Assembly (NCBI GenBank): GCA_963752285.1
Contig: CAVVXN010000005.1
Coordinates: forward strand, 1,408,001 to 1,472,000
Source of the DNA: an uncultured Planctomycetota bacterium
GTDB taxonomy: Bacteria; Planctomycetota; PLA2; JAEUHO01
Direction: 5' to 3'
DNA: 64,000 nt
Shown: piece after piece, positions 26,221 through 37,806 of the stretch
Layout of the letters: every line of letters begins with the position of its first letter
How positions within the stretch are numbered: the first letter of the stretch is position 1
The notes under the pieces: model-generated
Seen by the model: the letters and a program-made list of their open reading frames with translations, nothing else
Databases searched by the model: none
Told to the model about the DNA's origin: nothing
Made by a program: the position numbers and the translations under genes

Positions 26221-27558
26221 TCAGGACCCGCCGCCGACGACCTTCTTCTCCCACTTGTAGAGGTCGGTCACCTGCGCGAGGGTCGAGCCGCCGCCCTCGA
26301 TCTCGGCCCGGATCCGGTTCTCGGCCTCCAGGCAGTACATGGCGCGGTTGGCGATCTCCACGGCGCGCGCGCGCGGCACGATCACGACGCCGTCCGCGTC
26401 GCCCAGCACGAAGTCGCCCGGCCGGCACTCGATCCCCTCGTGGCGGATCACCACACCGATCTCGCCGAACCCCTTCGGCTCGCCGGCGTTCGGGGCGATC
26501 GCCGTCGCGTGGATCGGGAAGCCCATCCGGCGGATGTCCTTCGTGTCGCGGATCGCGCCGAGCACGACGGCACCCGCGAGGCCGCGGTTCAACGCGGAGT
26601 GGGTCGCGAGCTCCCCCCACACGGCGGGGGGACGGCCGCCGGCGTCGATGACGAGCACGTCGCCCGGGCCCGCGCGGTCGATCGCCTCGACGGGCTTCGC
26701 CCAGTCGCCGGGGACCGTCCGGACCGTGACGGCACGGCCCACGACCCGGACGTCGGGCGCGGTCTGGTGAAACCCCGACCAGGCGGGCGCGCGGTGCATG
26801 GCGTCGGTCACGTTGGGCGTCGAGACGAGGCCGAGGAGGCGGAGCACGTCGTCCTCGCCGCTCCCCCGCTCTGCGGTCGCGCCGGCGCCGGCGACGCCCG
26901 AGCGCATGGCCTCGAGGATCTCCCGGGTCGCGGCCTCGGCGTCCTCGGCCTTCGTGATCGCGCCCCCCACGATCACGACGTCGGCGCCGGCGGCGACCGC
27001 GCGGGGCGCGGTCCGCGGGGTGATGCCCCCCGCGACCGTGACGGGGATCCTCACGGCGGCGCGCACGGCCTTGAGGACCTCGAACGGGTCGCCGCCGCGC
27101 ACCTGCTCGTCGATCGGGCAGTGGACGTTCACCGCGTCCGCGCCCATCGCCTCGACCTCGCGGGCCCGCGCGGCCGGGTCGGAGACGCCGAGGAGGTCCA
27201 CCAGCACGCGGATGCCGTAGTTCGCCCCGGCCTCCACGCACTCGCGGATCGTGCTGTCGGACGCGACGCCGAGGACGGTCCCCCACGTGGCGCCGGCCTT
27301 CGCCGCGGCCTCGAGCTCGAGCCGACCCGCGTCCATCGTCTTCCCGTCGCAGACGATGTCGAGCCGCGGGAACTCGGCGCGGAGGGCACGCACCGCGCCG
27401 AGGCCCTCGGCCTTCAAGAGCGGCGTGCCCACCTCGAGGAGGTCCACGCCGCCGCGGACCGCTTCGCGCGCCGCCAGGAGCGCGCGGTGGAGGTCCACGT
27501 GGTCCAAGGCGAGCTGGAGTCGAGGGCGGGGACCGGAAGAAGGCTTCGGATCGGACAT
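26221..27558 (-). CDS. 3-hexulose-6-phosphate synthase fused to an RraA/MenG-like domain
   Basis: [40 protein letters not shown]. Rra[35 protein letters not shown]. Confidence 0.85.
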   Translation of the reverse strand: MSDPKPSSGPRPRLQLALDHVDLHRALLAAREAVRGGVDLLEVGTPLLKAEGLGAVRALRAEFPRLDIVCDGKTMDAGRLELEAAAKAGATWGTVLGVASDSTIRECVEAGANYGIRVLVDLLGVSDPAARAREVEAMGADAVNVHCPIDEQVRGGDPFEVLKAVRAAVRIPVTVAGGITPRTAPRAVAAGADVVIVGGAITKAEDAEAATREILEAMRSGVAGAGATAERGSGEDDVLRLLGLVSTPNVTDAMHRAPAWSGFHQTAPDVRVVGRAVTVRTVPGDWAKPVEAIDRAGPGDVLVIDAGGRPPAVWGELATHSALNRGLAGAVVLGAIRDTKDIRRMGFPIHATAIAPNAGEPKGFGEIGVVIRHEGIECRPGDFVLGDADGVVIVPRARAVEIANRAMYCLEAENRIRAEIEGGGSTLAQVTDLYKWEKKVVGGGS

Positions 27559-27733
27559 GGCGCCCCAGGCTACCGGTCGAGCGCCGCGCCGGCGAGCCGT
27601 TGGGGGGCCGCGTCGCTTGACGACGCGCCCGGTCGCCCCGAAGATGCCCGGCCCGACATACCGTGCACCCGAGGGGGCGGGCTTGGGCCCGCCCGCTTTC
27701 GTGTATGGGCCCGAACCCCCGAGAAACCGCCCC

Positions 27734-28957
27734 ATGGATCCCGCCGACATCCTTCGGTTCGCCGACGTCGTCCACCGCGATCGCGGGATCGACAAGGAGA
27801 TCGTCTTCAGCGCGATCGAGCAGGGCCTGCTCACCGCGGCGCGCAAGCGCTTCGGCGAGGAAGCCGTGATCGAGGTCCACCTCGACCGCAAGTCCGGCGA
27901 CATCCAGTGCCTGGTCAACGGGTCGCCGAAGCGCATGGACTTCGGCCGGATCGCCGCCCAGACCGCGCGCCAGGTCATGAACCAGAAGATCCGCGAGGCG
28001 GAGCGCGACAAGAACCTCGAGGAGTACAACCGCCGCCTCGGCACGATCGTCACCGGCTCGATCCAGCGGATCGAGGGCGGGAACCTGATCGTCAACATGG
28101 GCCGCGTCGAGGGGATCGTCCCCCGGTCCGAGCAGATCCGGGGCGAGACCTTCAAGGTCGGCGACCGGATCCGCGCGTACCTCTTCGAGGTGCGGCCGCA
28201 GGGCCAGCGCGTCCGCATCGTGCTCTCGCGGAGCCGCCCGGACTTCGTGAAGAAGCTCTTCGAGCTCGAGGTGCCCGAGATCGCCGAGGGTGTGATCGTC
28301 GTCAAGGCGATCGAGCGCGAGGCCGGCTACAAGACGAAGCTCGCCGTGGCCTCGCTCGACCGCAAGGTGGACCCCATCGGCGCGTGCGTGGGCGTCCGCG
28401 GCAGCCGGATCCGCAACATCATCGACGAGCTGAACGGCGAGAAGGTGGACATCCTGAAGTGGGAGGAGCAGCCCGAGGTGATGATCTCGACGGCGCTCAA
28501 GCCCGCGCAGATCAACTCGATCACGCTGAACTGGGACGAGCGCACCGCGGACGTGCTGGTGGACGAGGACCAGCTGTCCCTCGCGATCGGCCGGCGCGGC
28601 GCGAACGTCCGGCTGGCCTCGCGCCTCGCCGGCTGGGAGATCAACATCCGCGGCGAGGCCATGGAGCGGGCCGCGGAGGGCCCGGTGGCGGCCGGGGCCG
28701 AGGCACCCCCCGCGGCCGAGGCCGAGGGCGACGGCGCCCCGACGGGCGAGGCGGCCGACCCCGTGTCCCCGGCCGACGAGCCGGCGCCGGCCGAGGCGGA
28801 CGAGGACGCCGTCCGGGTACCCGAGCCGACCCCCGCGAGGCGCGAGGACCACGACGCCGACGCGGACGCGGACGCCGACCCTGGCGACGCGGCCGCGGGC
28901 GAGACCGGACCGCCCGCCTCCTCCACCGGGGCCGAGCCCGCCTCGCGCGGCTCGTAG
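27734..28957 (+). CDS. nusA: Transcription termination/antitermination factor NusA
   Basis: FGRIAAQTARQV, S1 and KH domains, LFELEVPEI, DPIGACVGVRGSRI, LSLAIGRRGANVRLA; acidic tail. Confidence 0.96.
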   Translation: MDPADILRFADVVHRDRGIDKEIVFSAIEQGLLTAARKRFGEEAVIEVHLDRKSGDIQCLVNGSPKRMDFGRIAAQTARQVMNQKIREAERDKNLEEYNRRLGTIVTGSIQRIEGGNLIVNMGRVEGIVPRSEQIRGETFKVGDRIRAYLFEVRPQGQRVRIVLSRSRPDFVKKLFELEVPEIAEGVIVVKAIEREAGYKTKLAVASLDRKVDPIGACVGVRGSRIRNIIDELNGEKVDILKWEEQPEVMISTALKPAQINSITLNWDERTADVLVDEDQLSLAIGRRGANVRLASRLAGWEINIRGEAMERAAEGPVAAGAEAPPAAEAEGDGAPTGEAADPVSPADEPAPAEADEDAVRVPEPTPARREDHDADADADADPGDAAAGETGPPASSTGAEPASRGS

Positions 28958-29074
28958 GGCGGGCCTCCCATGTCCACGTTCCCGGCGGCGATCCGGGACA
29001 CGCCGGCCCCCCTCCGGTACGATCCACGGTTCATGCCCCTCGCCGGGGCTCGACACGAAGGAACCCCATTCCCC

Positions 29075-31624
29075 TTGGCCAAGCGCTTCTACCACATTGC
29101 CTTCGAGCTCGGCGTGCCGCCGCGCACGTTCATCCGAGAGCTCGCGGGCGCAGGCCTCTCGGTCGGGAACCAGATGATCGTGATCCCGGAGGACCTGGAG
29201 TCCCGGATCCGGGAGGTGTGGGCCCAGGTGAACGCCCCGCCCGCGCCCGAGGCGCCGGCGCAGGTCGCCGCCGTCCCCGGCACGGACGGGCAGACGGAAC
29301 CGAGCGTGGGCGCCGAGGGGGTGGGCGAGCCCATGGATGTGGAGGAGGCCGAGCCTGCTTCGGAGCCCGCGACCCCCGTCGAGAGCGAGCCCCAGGAGGA
29401 GCCCGAGCTCGAGCCGGTCACGGCCGAGGCCCCGGCGTCCGAGGAGGCGGTCGAGCCCTCCGCGGAGGTCGAGGCGGAGGACGCGGCCGAGCCCACGCCC
29501 GCACCGCGAAAGCGCCGCGCGCGCACGGTGGACAAGGCGGGCGAGGCGCCGCCGTCCGTGGACCTCGTCCCGACGATCGACCCGCGCGCGGGCCGGCTCG
29601 TCAAGGAAGCGCCGCGTGCCGGCGTGCCCGGCGTGACGGTGCCGACGCGCGGACGTCCGGGCGACGTGCCGGTGCAGGACCTCAACCCGACGATCCCGCA
29701 GTCGGAACGGGCGCCGGGCCAGCGCCGCGACAGTCATCGCCGCAGCACGGTGCCCGACCGCTATCGCGGCAAGCGCGGCACCGAGACCTTCCACATGCGG
29801 CGCCGCTCGCCGACGAAGCGCATCGAGCCCGCCCGGCCGCGGCCCACGGAGCTCGAGGTCGAGCCGCCCATCAGCGTGAAGCGCCTCTCCGAGCTCTCGG
29901 GGCTCAAGGCGGCCGACATCGTCAAGGTGCTCTTCACCAAGCACAAGATGGTCGTGAACGTCAACTCGAACCTCGACAAGGACCAGCTCGAGCTCATGGG
30001 GCTCGAGTTCGACATCGACATCAAGTTCGTCAAGCGCGAGACCGCCGAGGACTCGCTCCTGGCGAAGGCGATGGTCGCGGACTCGGCGGAGGACCTCGCA
30101 CCGCGGCCCCCCGTGGTGACGATCCTCGGACACGTGGACCACGGAAAGACCACCCTCCTCGACTGCATTCGCCGCACGGACGTGGCGGCGCACGAGGCGG
30201 GCGGCATCACGCAGCACATCGGCGCGAGCCAGGTCACCCTCCCCGACGGCCGCAAGGTGACGTTCATCGACACGCCGGGCCACGAGGCGTTCACCGAGAT
30301 GCGCGCCCGCGGCGCCCAGGTCACGGACGTGGTGGTCCTGATCGTGGCGGCCGACGACGGCGTGATGCCCCAGACCATCGAGGCGATCAGCCACGCGAAG
30401 GCGGCCGGCGTGCCGATCATCGTGGCCATCACGAAGGTGGACAAGGCGAACGCCCAGCCGCAGCGCGTTCGCCAGCAGCTCGCCGAGCACGACGTCTACG
30501 TCGAGGGCTACGGCGGCGACGTCTCCGTCTTCGAGGTGTCGGGCATCACCGGCGACGGGGTCCCGCAGCTTTTGGAGCACCTCGCCCTGTTCGCCGAGGT
30601 GGAGGCGGAGCGCTTCCGCGCGAACCCGACGCGGCCTGCGCTGGGCACCGTGATCGAGGCCCAGAACAGCCCGCGCCGCGGCGTGGTGGCGACGGTCCTC
30701 GTCCAGAACGGCACGCTCCACCGCGGCGACGCGGTGCTCGCCGGCGAGTCCTGGGGCACGGTCCGCGCGATGTTCAACTACCTCGCCCAACAGGTGGACG
30801 AGGCGCGGCCCGGCGACCCCGCCGAGATCATCGGCCTCGACGACCCGCCCGAGGCGGGCAGCAAGTTCTACGTCCTCACGGACACGAACCTCGCGCGCCA
30901 GATCTCGGAGAAGCGGCGCCAGGAGAAGCGCGAGCGCGAGCTCGCCTCGCAGAGCAAGCCGACCACGCTCGAGTCCCTCTTCGGCAAGATCGAGGAGGGC
31001 AAGATCCAGGAGCTCAACGTCGTCCTGAAGGTGGACGTGCGGGGCTCGCTCGAGCCGGTCCGCGCGCTGGTGGACCGCCTCGGCACCGAGGAGGTGCGCG
31101 TCAAGGTGATCCACAGCGGGGTCGGCGCGGTGAACGACTCCGACGTCATCCTGGCGAGCGCGTCCACGGCGTGGATCATCGGCTTCAACGTCAACGTCGA
31201 TGAACGTGCGCGCGACCGCGCGAAGATGACGGGCGTGGACATCCGCACGTACCGCGTCATCTACGACATCGAGCAGGACGTGAAGGCCGCCCTCGAGGGC
31301 AAGCTGGCGCCGGAGCAGCGCGAGGTGGTGCTCGGCCACGCCGAGGTCCTCGCGATCTTCGCCTCGAGCCGGCTCGGCAAGATCGCGGGCTGCCGGGTGC
31401 GCGACGGCGTGATCCGCCGTGACGGCACGATCCGCGTCGTGCGGGGCGGGCAGGTCGTCCAGACCGCGCGGATGGCCGGCCTCCGCCGCGAGAAGGACGA
31501 GGCCCGCGAGGTGAAGGAAGGCTTCGAGTGCGGCATGCGCCTCGAAGGCTGGGACGCGTTCGAGGAAGGCGACATCCTCGAGTGCTTCACCGTCGAGGAG
31601 GTCGCCCGGACCCTCGGCGCGTAG
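29075..31624 (+). CDS. infB: Translation initiation factor IF-2
   Basis: [51 protein letters not shown] start at 29075 inferred from an upstream GAAGGA. Confidence 0.97.
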   Translation: MAKRFYHIAFELGVPPRTFIRELAGAGLSVGNQMIVIPEDLESRIREVWAQVNAPPAPEAPAQVAAVPGTDGQTEPSVGAEGVGEPMDVEEAEPASEPATPVESEPQEEPELEPVTAEAPASEEAVEPSAEVEAEDAAEPTPAPRKRRARTVDKAGEAPPSVDLVPTIDPRAGRLVKEAPRAGVPGVTVPTRGRPGDVPVQDLNPTIPQSERAPGQRRDSHRRSTVPDRYRGKRGTETFHMRRRSPTKRIEPARPRPTELEVEPPISVKRLSELSGLKAADIVKVLFTKHKMVVNVNSNLDKDQLELMGLEFDIDIKFVKRETAEDSLLAKAMVADSAEDLAPRPPVVTILGHVDHGKTTLLDCIRRTDVAAHEAGGITQHIGASQVTLPDGRKVTFIDTPGHEAFTEMRARGAQVTDVVVLIVAADDGVMPQTIEAISHAKAAGVPIIVAITKVDKANAQPQRVRQQLAEHDVYVEGYGGDVSVFEVSGITGDGVPQLLEHLALFAEVEAERFRANPTRPALGTVIEAQNSPRRGVVATVLVQNGTLHRGDAVLAGESWGTVRAMFNYLAQQVDEARPGDPAEIIGLDDPPEAGSKFYVLTDTNLARQISEKRRQEKRERELASQSKPTTLESLFGKIEEGKIQELNVVLKVDVRGSLEPVRALVDRLGTEEVRVKVIHSGVGAVNDSDVILASASTAWIIGFNVNVDERARDRAKMTGVDIRTYRVIYDIEQDVKAALEGKLAPEQREVVLGHAEVLAIFASSRLGKIAGCRVRDGVIRRDGTIRVVRGGQVVQTARMAGLRREKDEAREVKEGFECGMRLEGWDAFEEGDILECFTVEEVARTLGA

Positions 31625-31653
31625 CCGCACCGTTCGCGGGAGGCCCGACGTCG

Positions 31654-32199
31654 ATGCCGACCGAGCGACGCATCCAGCGCCTCGAGCAGCTGATCCTGGA
31701 GGTCGCGGCCGAGACGATCCAGCGCGAGGTGAGAGATCCGCGCATGGGCATGACGTCCATCACGCGGGTACAGCTCACGCGCGACCTCTCGCACGCGACC
31801 GTCTACTGGTCGAGCCTCGGGACCGAGAAGGCCCGTCGCCGCGTGGCGGACGCGGTGGAGAGCGCGCTGCCGCTCGTCCAGCGGCGGGTCGCCCAGGCGA
31901 TGCACACGCGTGTCACCCCCGCGCTCACGCTGACCTTCGACCCGTCGCTCGAGCGGGCCCAGCGGCTCGACGAGATCTTCCAGCATCTCCGTGAGGAGCG
32001 CGGCGAGCCCCCGGAGGCGGAGCTCGGAGACCGGACCGGAGCGGAGGGCGGGGACGAGTCTCCGCCGGACGCGGACGAGGACACCGACCCGGGCGACGAC
32101 GGGGACTCCGGCGACGGGGCCGGGGACGAGCCCGACCACGACGCGGCCGACGCGGCCGACCGGGCCGACGAGGACCGCGAGGCCGACGAGGAGCCGTAG
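31654..32199 (+). CDS. rbfA: 30S ribosome-binding factor RbfA with long acidic C-tail
   Basis: RRIQRLE...EVRDPR...ITRVQLTRDLSHATVYW...RVTPALTLTFDPS; follows infB. Confidence 0.92.
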   Translation: MPTERRIQRLEQLILEVAAETIQREVRDPRMGMTSITRVQLTRDLSHATVYWSSLGTEKARRRVADAVESALPLVQRRVAQAMHTRVTPALTLTFDPSLERAQRLDEIFQHLREERGEPPEAELGDRTGAEGGDESPPDADEDTDPGDDGDSGDGAGDEPDHDAADAADRADEDREADEEP

Positions 32200-32241
32200 G
32201 GCTCGGCCGCGCGCGCAGGAGGGCGCGGGCCCCCCCGTCGG

Positions 32242-32271
32242 TTGACCCCCGCCCGCGCGCGGAGATACTCT
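32242..32271 (+). promoter_or_regulatory. Putative sigma70 promoter of tRNA-His
   Basis: TTGACC at 32242 followed 16-18 bp later by GATACT/TACTCT. Confidence 0.45.
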
Positions 32272-32285
32272 CGCCCCGAACGCGC

Positions 32286-32363
32286 GGTGACAGTAGCTCA
32301 GATGGTTAGAGCGCCGGACTGTGGCTCCGGAGGTCGGGGGTTCGATTCCCCTCTGTCACCCCA
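32286..32363 (+). tRNA. tRNA-His (GTG)
   Basis: G-1 plus acceptor GTGACAG/CTGTCAC, D arm GCTC...GAGC, anticodon arm CCGGA-CT-GTG-GC-TCCGG, T arm GGGGG-TTCGATT-CCCCT, C discriminator, encoded CCA. Confidence 0.97.
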
Positions 32364-32646
32364 CCCCCCTTCGTGACCCGCGGATCGGTCCCGCAGCGCC
32401 CGCCGACCGCTCCGGAACGCGGCGACCGCGAAGCGCGCGGCCCCGGGTCCTCGACGCACCGCGTCGCGACGGGTTCGAGGTGATCCACGAACGTCTCGAA
32501 CGACGTCCCGCCCCGGCGGAGCCCGCACACCGGGTCGGCCGCGACGGGAAGGGCCGCGATGGCGAGTCCGTGCCCCCCGCCATGGATGTCGAGCTACGCG
32601 GGACGGTCGATGACCGATCGCGCGACGTGGGACCCGACGTCCAGGG

Positions 32647-33573
32647 TCACGAGGACGCGTCTCTCAGCCACGCGAGCGCCCCCGGCACGATCGTCCAAAC
32701 CCGCCCCTGGGCCGCCACGTAGTGGATCGCCTCGCTCTCGTCGCCGAATCCCTGATAGGCCGGGAGCCGTGACGGCATCTCCTCGTCCCCCAGCAGGTAG
32801 GCGGGCACGTGGGGATTCCCTTCCATCGCCCGCGAAAGCACCGTGCGGACCGCCGGAGTGTCTCCCTCCCGCTGGAAGTCCAGCGGCACGCGCGCGTACG
32901 TCCAGCTCGCCATACCGTCGCCCTCGTACGCCGCGTAGAGCCTCTCGGCCTCGTCCCACGCCCCGATCTCCAGGAGACATCCAATGAGCACGTAGCGAAG
33001 CTCCTGGTTGTCCCCCGGGTTCAGCCGGAGCATGTCTTGGTAGTGCTCGATGGCCTCCGACTCGTGGCCGGTCGCCCAGAGCGAGGCCGCCAGGCCCGCG
33101 CGGGCGCGCATGTAGGGACGCGTCTCGAGGAGGCCCCAGAAGTAGCCGACATCGTCCTCGAAGGCCTGAGGGCCGATCGCCCTCTCGCCTGCGGCCACGC
33201 CCTGCCGGTAGAGCTCGGTGGCCTTCGTCCGGGACGGAGCGCTCCGCGCCAGGATGCAGTAGGCGTCGGCGCAGTCGGCGGAGATCTTCAGCGCCTGCTT
33301 CGCGAGCGCCAGCGCGCGCCGCAGCGGCGACTCCCACGCCTCGTAGATGAGATCCTGCGCGTCGGCAACGGGGTCGGTGTAGGCGTCCGCTCCGCGCGTC
33401 GCGGCGAGCAGCCGTTCCACGGAGTGCAGAGGCGGGAGGTCGTCGAGGTTCGGCCCCGATGCGGCCTTCGGCGGATCGGTCCAGTGCGGCGTCGGAGGGC
33501 CCTGTCCCGCCGTCCTCTTCCCGGGCTTCTTCTTGGGTCGCTCCTTCGCTATGGGCAGCTCCCGGGGCTCCAT
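32647..33573 (-). CDS. TPR-like hypothetical protein
   Basis: AQDLIYEAWE...ALKISADCADAY...FWGLLETRPYMRAR...LRLNPGDNQELRY...NPHVPAYLLG. Start is uncertain. Confidence 0.7.
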   Translation of the reverse strand: MEPRELPIAKERPKKKPGKRTAGQGPPTPHWTDPPKAASGPNLDDLPPLHSVERLLAATRGADAYTDPVADAQDLIYEAWESPLRRALALAKQALKISADCADAYCILARSAPSRTKATELYRQGVAAGERAIGPQAFEDDVGYFWGLLETRPYMRARAGLAASLWATGHESEAIEHYQDMLRLNPGDNQELRYVLIGCLLEIGAWDEAERLYAAYEGDGMASWTYARVPLDFQREGDTPAVRTVLSRAMEGNPHVPAYLLGDEEMPSRLPAYQGFGDESEAIHYVAAQGRVWTIVPGALAWLRDASS

Positions 33574-33783
33574 GGCCAATGCTACGCCGTCGGGAATCGG
33601 CGAGCACCCCTGGCCCGGGTCGTCCCGGGACGCCCCGCCACGGATCCCCGGGGCCCACGCCCCGACTCCCACGGAACCTGTGGGCCGCCGCTCGCCCGGC
33701 GCCGCCACACGTTCGGCGCGCTCCGGCTTCGAACCCGACAGGAGCTGCCGGGCACGCCGAGTACGTCCCCCGACCACCGGCGT

Positions 33784-34137
33784 CTACGTCCGGAGGATCT
33801 TCTCCATCGGCCGGCCCTTCGCCAGTTCGTCCACCAGCTTGTCCATGTAGCGAATGTTGCGCATGAGCGGACGCTCGATCTCCTCGATGCGAACGCCGCA
33901 GATGGTGCCCGTGATCCTCTGGGCGTTGGGATGCAGCTTCGGCGCCTCGCCGAAGAAGGTCTCGAGGGTGCTCCCCTTCTCGATCTGCTTCGCAAGCGTC
34001 TTGCGCGTGTAGCCCGTCAGCCAGCAGATGACCTCGTCCACGTCTTCCTTCGTCCGCCCCTTCTTCTCCGCCTTCTGGACGTAGAGGGGATAGACGCCAG
34101 CGAACGACATCGCGAAGACTCGCTCCAGGTTCGCCAT
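33784..34137 (-). CDS. DUF2200 family protein
   Basis: [20 protein letters not shown]...ICWLTGY...[14 protein letters not shown]...[14 protein letters not shown]...EKILR. Confidence 0.9.
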   Translation of the reverse strand: MANLERVFAMSFAGVYPLYVQKAEKKGRTKEDVDEVICWLTGYTRKTLAKQIEKGSTLETFFGEAPKLHPNAQRITGTICGVRIEEIERPLMRNIRYMDKLVDELAKGRPMEKILRT

Positions 34138-34472
34138 GGTGATCGCTCCCGCGGGTAGCGCCGTGGCCGAGGAAGTGTATCGCACCCCGGAATCCGCGAG
34201 CGCACCGGTCCTGCTCCCAGCTCGGCAACGGGCACGCAACGCCCCCGCCTCTGTCGAGCGACTCCCGCGACTTCGGAGCTGTCCCGGAGCGTCTTGGAGG
34301 CGGAGCCGCCGTGCCGCGTGGCGAGTGCCTCGCAGCCACCGAGCATCTCAGGCCCGTCATCGACGACGTGTTCCTCTGGGCTTCGAAGAGGCGTGCCCGG
34401 GCCTGGGCGTGGCAGGGCATGTCCCTCCCGTAGTCCCGGTCGGTATGCTCCTGCGGCTTCGGAGGGTATGGG

Positions 34473-37400
34473 ATGGACCCAGGCAGAGAGTACCGGGAGC
34501 TCCTCGCCGCCGACGCAGCGCTGATGCTGGGCGTCGCCGAGGCGCATGACGTCGCGGCGGCCCTGATGCGCTACTGGCCACGGCGGGATGAACCGGGCGC
34601 GTCCTTCGGGTCGGAGCTCGCCCACATCGCGCGGCTCTCCCCCGAGGTCGTGAAGAGGATCGAGGCCGAGGTCGAGCGCCTACTAAGCGAGGCAGGCGCG
34701 GACGCGAAGGTCGCGCTCACGCGCCACGGGGGGCTCGATCGATCCATCCACCTGGCGCTGGGCCAGGGCGGCGCGAACCTGACGCGCGCGCTCTCGGTGC
34801 TCGGGATCCCGATTCGCGCGCCGCTGCGCTCTCTGCCCGAGGACCGCTACGTCGGATTCGAGGCCGCCGGCATCGGCGGGATGGGGGTCGTCTACGCCGC
34901 GATCGACACGGAGATGAACCGGCGCGTGGCCTTCAAGATGGTGCGGCTCCACGCCGAGCGGGGGAAGACGGAGCAGACGCCGTCCCATCCCCTCGAGGCA
35001 TCGCGGCCTGGGAAGGACACGCCCGAGTCGGAGGTCTTCGAGCAGTTGAAGGCCCGGCTCGTGCAGGAGGCGTGGGTCACGGGCGGGCTCGAGCACCCGG
35101 GGATCGTCCCGGTCTACGAGATCGGCCAGACGCCCACCGGGATCCCCTACTACACGATGCGCTACGTCCGGGGCGAGCGCACGCTCGGCGACGCGATCGG
35201 CGAGAAGCGGAACGCTCCGATCGAGGAACGGCTCGCGCTCCTGGAGCCCTTCCTCAAGGTCTGCGACACGCTCCGCTACGCCCACGACAAGGGCGTCGTC
35301 CACCGGGACTTGAAGCCCGCGAACGTCGCTCTCGGCCAATACGGCGAGGTGGTGCTCCTGGACTGGGGCCTGGCGCGGCTGGAGGGCAAGGAGGACGTGG
35401 CCTCCTCGGCCTGGCAGGAGCGGGTGGAGGAGATGCGCCACGACGCGGGCTTCCACACGATGGAGGGGGGCGCGATCGGGACGGCGGGCTACATGTCGCC
35501 CGAGGCCACGCTGGGAAGGCTGGCGGAGGTGGACCCGCGAAGCGACGTCTACTCCCTCGGGGCGATGCTCTACGAGATCCTGACCGGGCGTCTCCCCTAC
35601 GAGTTTCGCTCCTACGCCGAGTACGCGGCGCTGCTGCTCCGGAAGGACCCGCCCGAGGCCCGGGAGGTGGATCCCTCGGTGCCGGAGGCCCTCTCCTCGC
35701 TCTCTGCGAAGGCGCTCGCCCGGGAGAAGGAGGCGCGGCCCGCCTCGGCCGAGGAGATGGCGAAGGCGGTCCGAGCCTGGCAGGTCGAGGACGCGGCGGA
35801 GCGGGAGCGGGAGGGGCTGCTCAGGGACGCCCGCACCGCGCTCGAATCGGCCGAGCGCCTGACGGGCGAGGCGAAGCTCCAGCAGGTGGACCGGGCGGCG
35901 GCGGCGCTGGCCCAAGCGGAGAGCAAGCGGCCGGGCGGGCGGCGGGCCAGGGCGCTCACCGAGCGGGCGCAGGCGCTTCGGGAGACGGCGATCCGGGAGC
36001 GGGAGCGGGCCAGCACGCGGCGGACGCTCCGCCGGGTCGGGGTCGCCGCGCTGGCGGTCGTGGCGGTCGCAGCGTTCGTGGTGACGACGGTGATCGAGGG
36101 GAAGCGCAAGGAGGCGGAGAAGGCGCGGACCGAGGCGGTCGAAGCGAAGCATGCGACCGAGGCGGCGCTCTCCGAGAAGGCCCAGGCGCTCGTCGAGGTC
36201 GGCAAGGAGCGCGACCGGGCGAACCAGGAACGCGACGCGAAGGCGACGGCACTCGACGACGTGCTGCGCCTCGCGGACTCGAGGAAGGTGGCCGACCTCC
36301 TGGCAGAGGCGGACCGGCTCTGGCCGCTCGTGCCCGAGCAGGCCGCCGACATGGAGGCCTGGATCGAGCGCGCCAAGGACGTCCTCGCCCGGCGTAGGGA
36401 CCACCAGAAGCGCCTGGCCGCGATCCGCGAGGGAGCCCTTCCCTACACGGAGGAGGCGAGGGCGAAGGACCACGAGGCCGATCGAAAGGCCATCGGGGAG
36501 GGGATGAAGCGCCTCGTGGAGATCGAGGCCGCCAGGGTGACGGTCGAGGGCGACGACGCGGAGGCGAAGAAGAGGGCGCTCGACGAACAGGCCGAGGCGG
36601 TGAGGAAGGAGGTCGCGAGGCTCGAGACCGGGCTCGACGAGCGGCACGCTTGGGCCTTCGAGGACCCGCAGGTGGACTGGCAGCACGGGGTGCTCGTGGA
36701 CCTGCTGGCGGGACTCGACCGGATCGACGGAGGCGGGAGTGAGGGGGAGGGCGGATTCCTCGCCGACATCGAGAAGCGCCGCGACCTCGTGACCGCGCTC
36801 CGCAAGCGTTCGATCGACGACTGCGAGAAGGCCTGGGAGGACACGATCGCGGCGATCGCCGCCTCTCCGCGGTACGGGGGCCTGAAGATCACGCCGCAGC
36901 TCGGGCTCGTCCCGTTGGGGGAGGACCCGGACTCCCACCTCTTCGAGTTCGCGCACCTGGGCTCGGGGTCGGTCCCCACGCGGGACGAGAAGGGACACCT
37001 CGTCCCGGAGGAGGACGCCGCGGTCGTGCTGGTCCTGATCCCGGGGGGGACGTTCCAGATGGGCGCGCAGAAGGAGGACAAGGACGGGCCGAACCACGAC
37101 CCCGAGGCCGAGGACGACGAGTCGCCCGTCCACGAGGTGACGCTCTCGCCCTTCTTCCTGTCGAAGTACGAGTGCACGCAGGCCGAGTGGAGGGCGCTGA
37201 CGGGGGGGCTCGACCCGAGCTACTTCAAGGCCGGCACGACATTCCGCGGGCGGGAGGTCACGCCGAGGAACCCGGTCGAGCAGGTCTCCTGGGAGGACTG
37301 CGACCTATGGCTCTCGCGAAACCGCCTCGTGCTCCCCACGGAGGCCCAGTGGGAGTACGCGTGCCGGGCGGGGACGGACACGCCCTGGATCACGGGCCGG

Positions 37401-37781
37401 GATGTCGCGAAGTTGGGAGAGGTCGCCAACATCGCCGACGCCTGGCTGAAGGGGAACGGGTGGGCGACCTGGACAGTGACGCCCGAGGTGGACGACGGGC
37501 ATACAGTCCACGCACCCACTGGCGCTTTCGCACCGAACGCGTTCGGACTCTACGACGTGCACGGGAACGTCTGGGAGTGGTGCGCCGACGCCTACCGCGA
37601 CTACGAAACAGGAGCTGTGACCGACCCGCTCGTCCAGCAGGGCTCCGGCCTCCGCGTGCTCCGCGGCGGGTCGTGGCTCAGCGCCGCCAGGTACGCGCGT
37701 TCGGCCTTCCGCTTCGGGGCCGCCCCGGGGTTCTGCGACCAAGACCTCGGCGTGCGTCCCGCCAGGCCCGTCACCCCTTAG
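34473..37781 (+). CDS. Ser/Thr protein kinase, TM, coiled coil and C-terminal FGE-sulfatase (CLec-fold) domain
   Basis: Kinase: GIGGMGVVY, VAFK, HRDLKPAN, DWG, GTAGYMSPE, SDVYSLG. FGE: FQMG, PVEQVSW, LPTEAQWEYACRAG, NAFGLYDVHGNVWEWC, RVLRGGSW...R...P...LGVR. Confidence 0.93.
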   Translation: MDPGREYRELLAADAALMLGVAEAHDVAAALMRYWPRRDEPGASFGSELAHIARLSPEVVKRIEAEVERLLSEAGADAKVALTRHGGLDRSIHLALGQGGANLTRALSVLGIPIRAPLRSLPEDRYVGFEAAGIGGMGVVYAAIDTEMNRRVAFKMVRLHAERGKTEQTPSHPLEASRPGKDTPESEVFEQLKARLVQEAWVTGGLEHPGIVPVYEIGQTPTGIPYYTMRYVRGERTLGDAIGEKRNAPIEERLALLEPFLKVCDTLRYAHDKGVVHRDLKPANVALGQYGEVVLLDWGLARLEGKEDVASSAWQERVEEMRHDAGFHTMEGGAIGTAGYMSPEATLGRLAEVDPRSDVYSLGAMLYEILTGRLPYEFRSYAEYAALLLRKDPPEAREVDPSVPEALSSLSAKALAREKEARPASAEEMAKAVRAWQVEDAAEREREGLLRDARTALESAERLTGEAKLQQVDRAAAALAQAESKRPGGRRARALTERAQALRETAIRERERASTRRTLRRVGVAALAVVAVAAFVVTTVIEGKRKEAEKARTEAVEAKHATEAALSEKAQALVEVGKERDRANQERDAKATALDDVLRLADSRKVADLLAEADRLWPLVPEQAADMEAWIERAKDVLARRRDHQKRLAAIREGALPYTEEARAKDHEADRKAIGEGMKRLVEIEAARVTVEGDDAEAKKRALDEQAEAVRKEVARLETGLDERHAWAFEDPQVDWQHGVLVDLLAGLDRIDGGGSEGEGGFLADIEKRRDLVTALRKRSIDDCEKAWEDTIAAIAASPRYGGLKITPQLGLVPLGEDPDSHLFEFAHLGSGSVPTRDEKGHLVPEEDAAVVLVLIPGGTFQMGAQKEDKDGPNHDPEAEDDESPVHEVTLSPFFLSKYECTQAEWRALTGGLDPSYFKAGTTFRGREVTPRNPVEQVSWEDCDLWLSRNRLVLPTEAQWEYACRAGTDTPWITGRDVAKLGEVANIADAWLKGNGWATWTVTPEVDDGHTVHAPTGAFAPNAFGLYDVHGNVWEWCADAYRDYETGAVTDPLVQQGSGLRVLRGGSWLSAARYARSAFRFGAAPGFCDQDLGVRPARPVTP

Positions 37782-37806
37782 GACTTCACGGCCTCACCTC
37801 GTGGCC

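Noticed and set aside
34300..34435. [13 protein letters not shown], faintly like an IS66 transposase segment
   Set aside because: Too short; no other transposase motifs or terminal repeats were seen.
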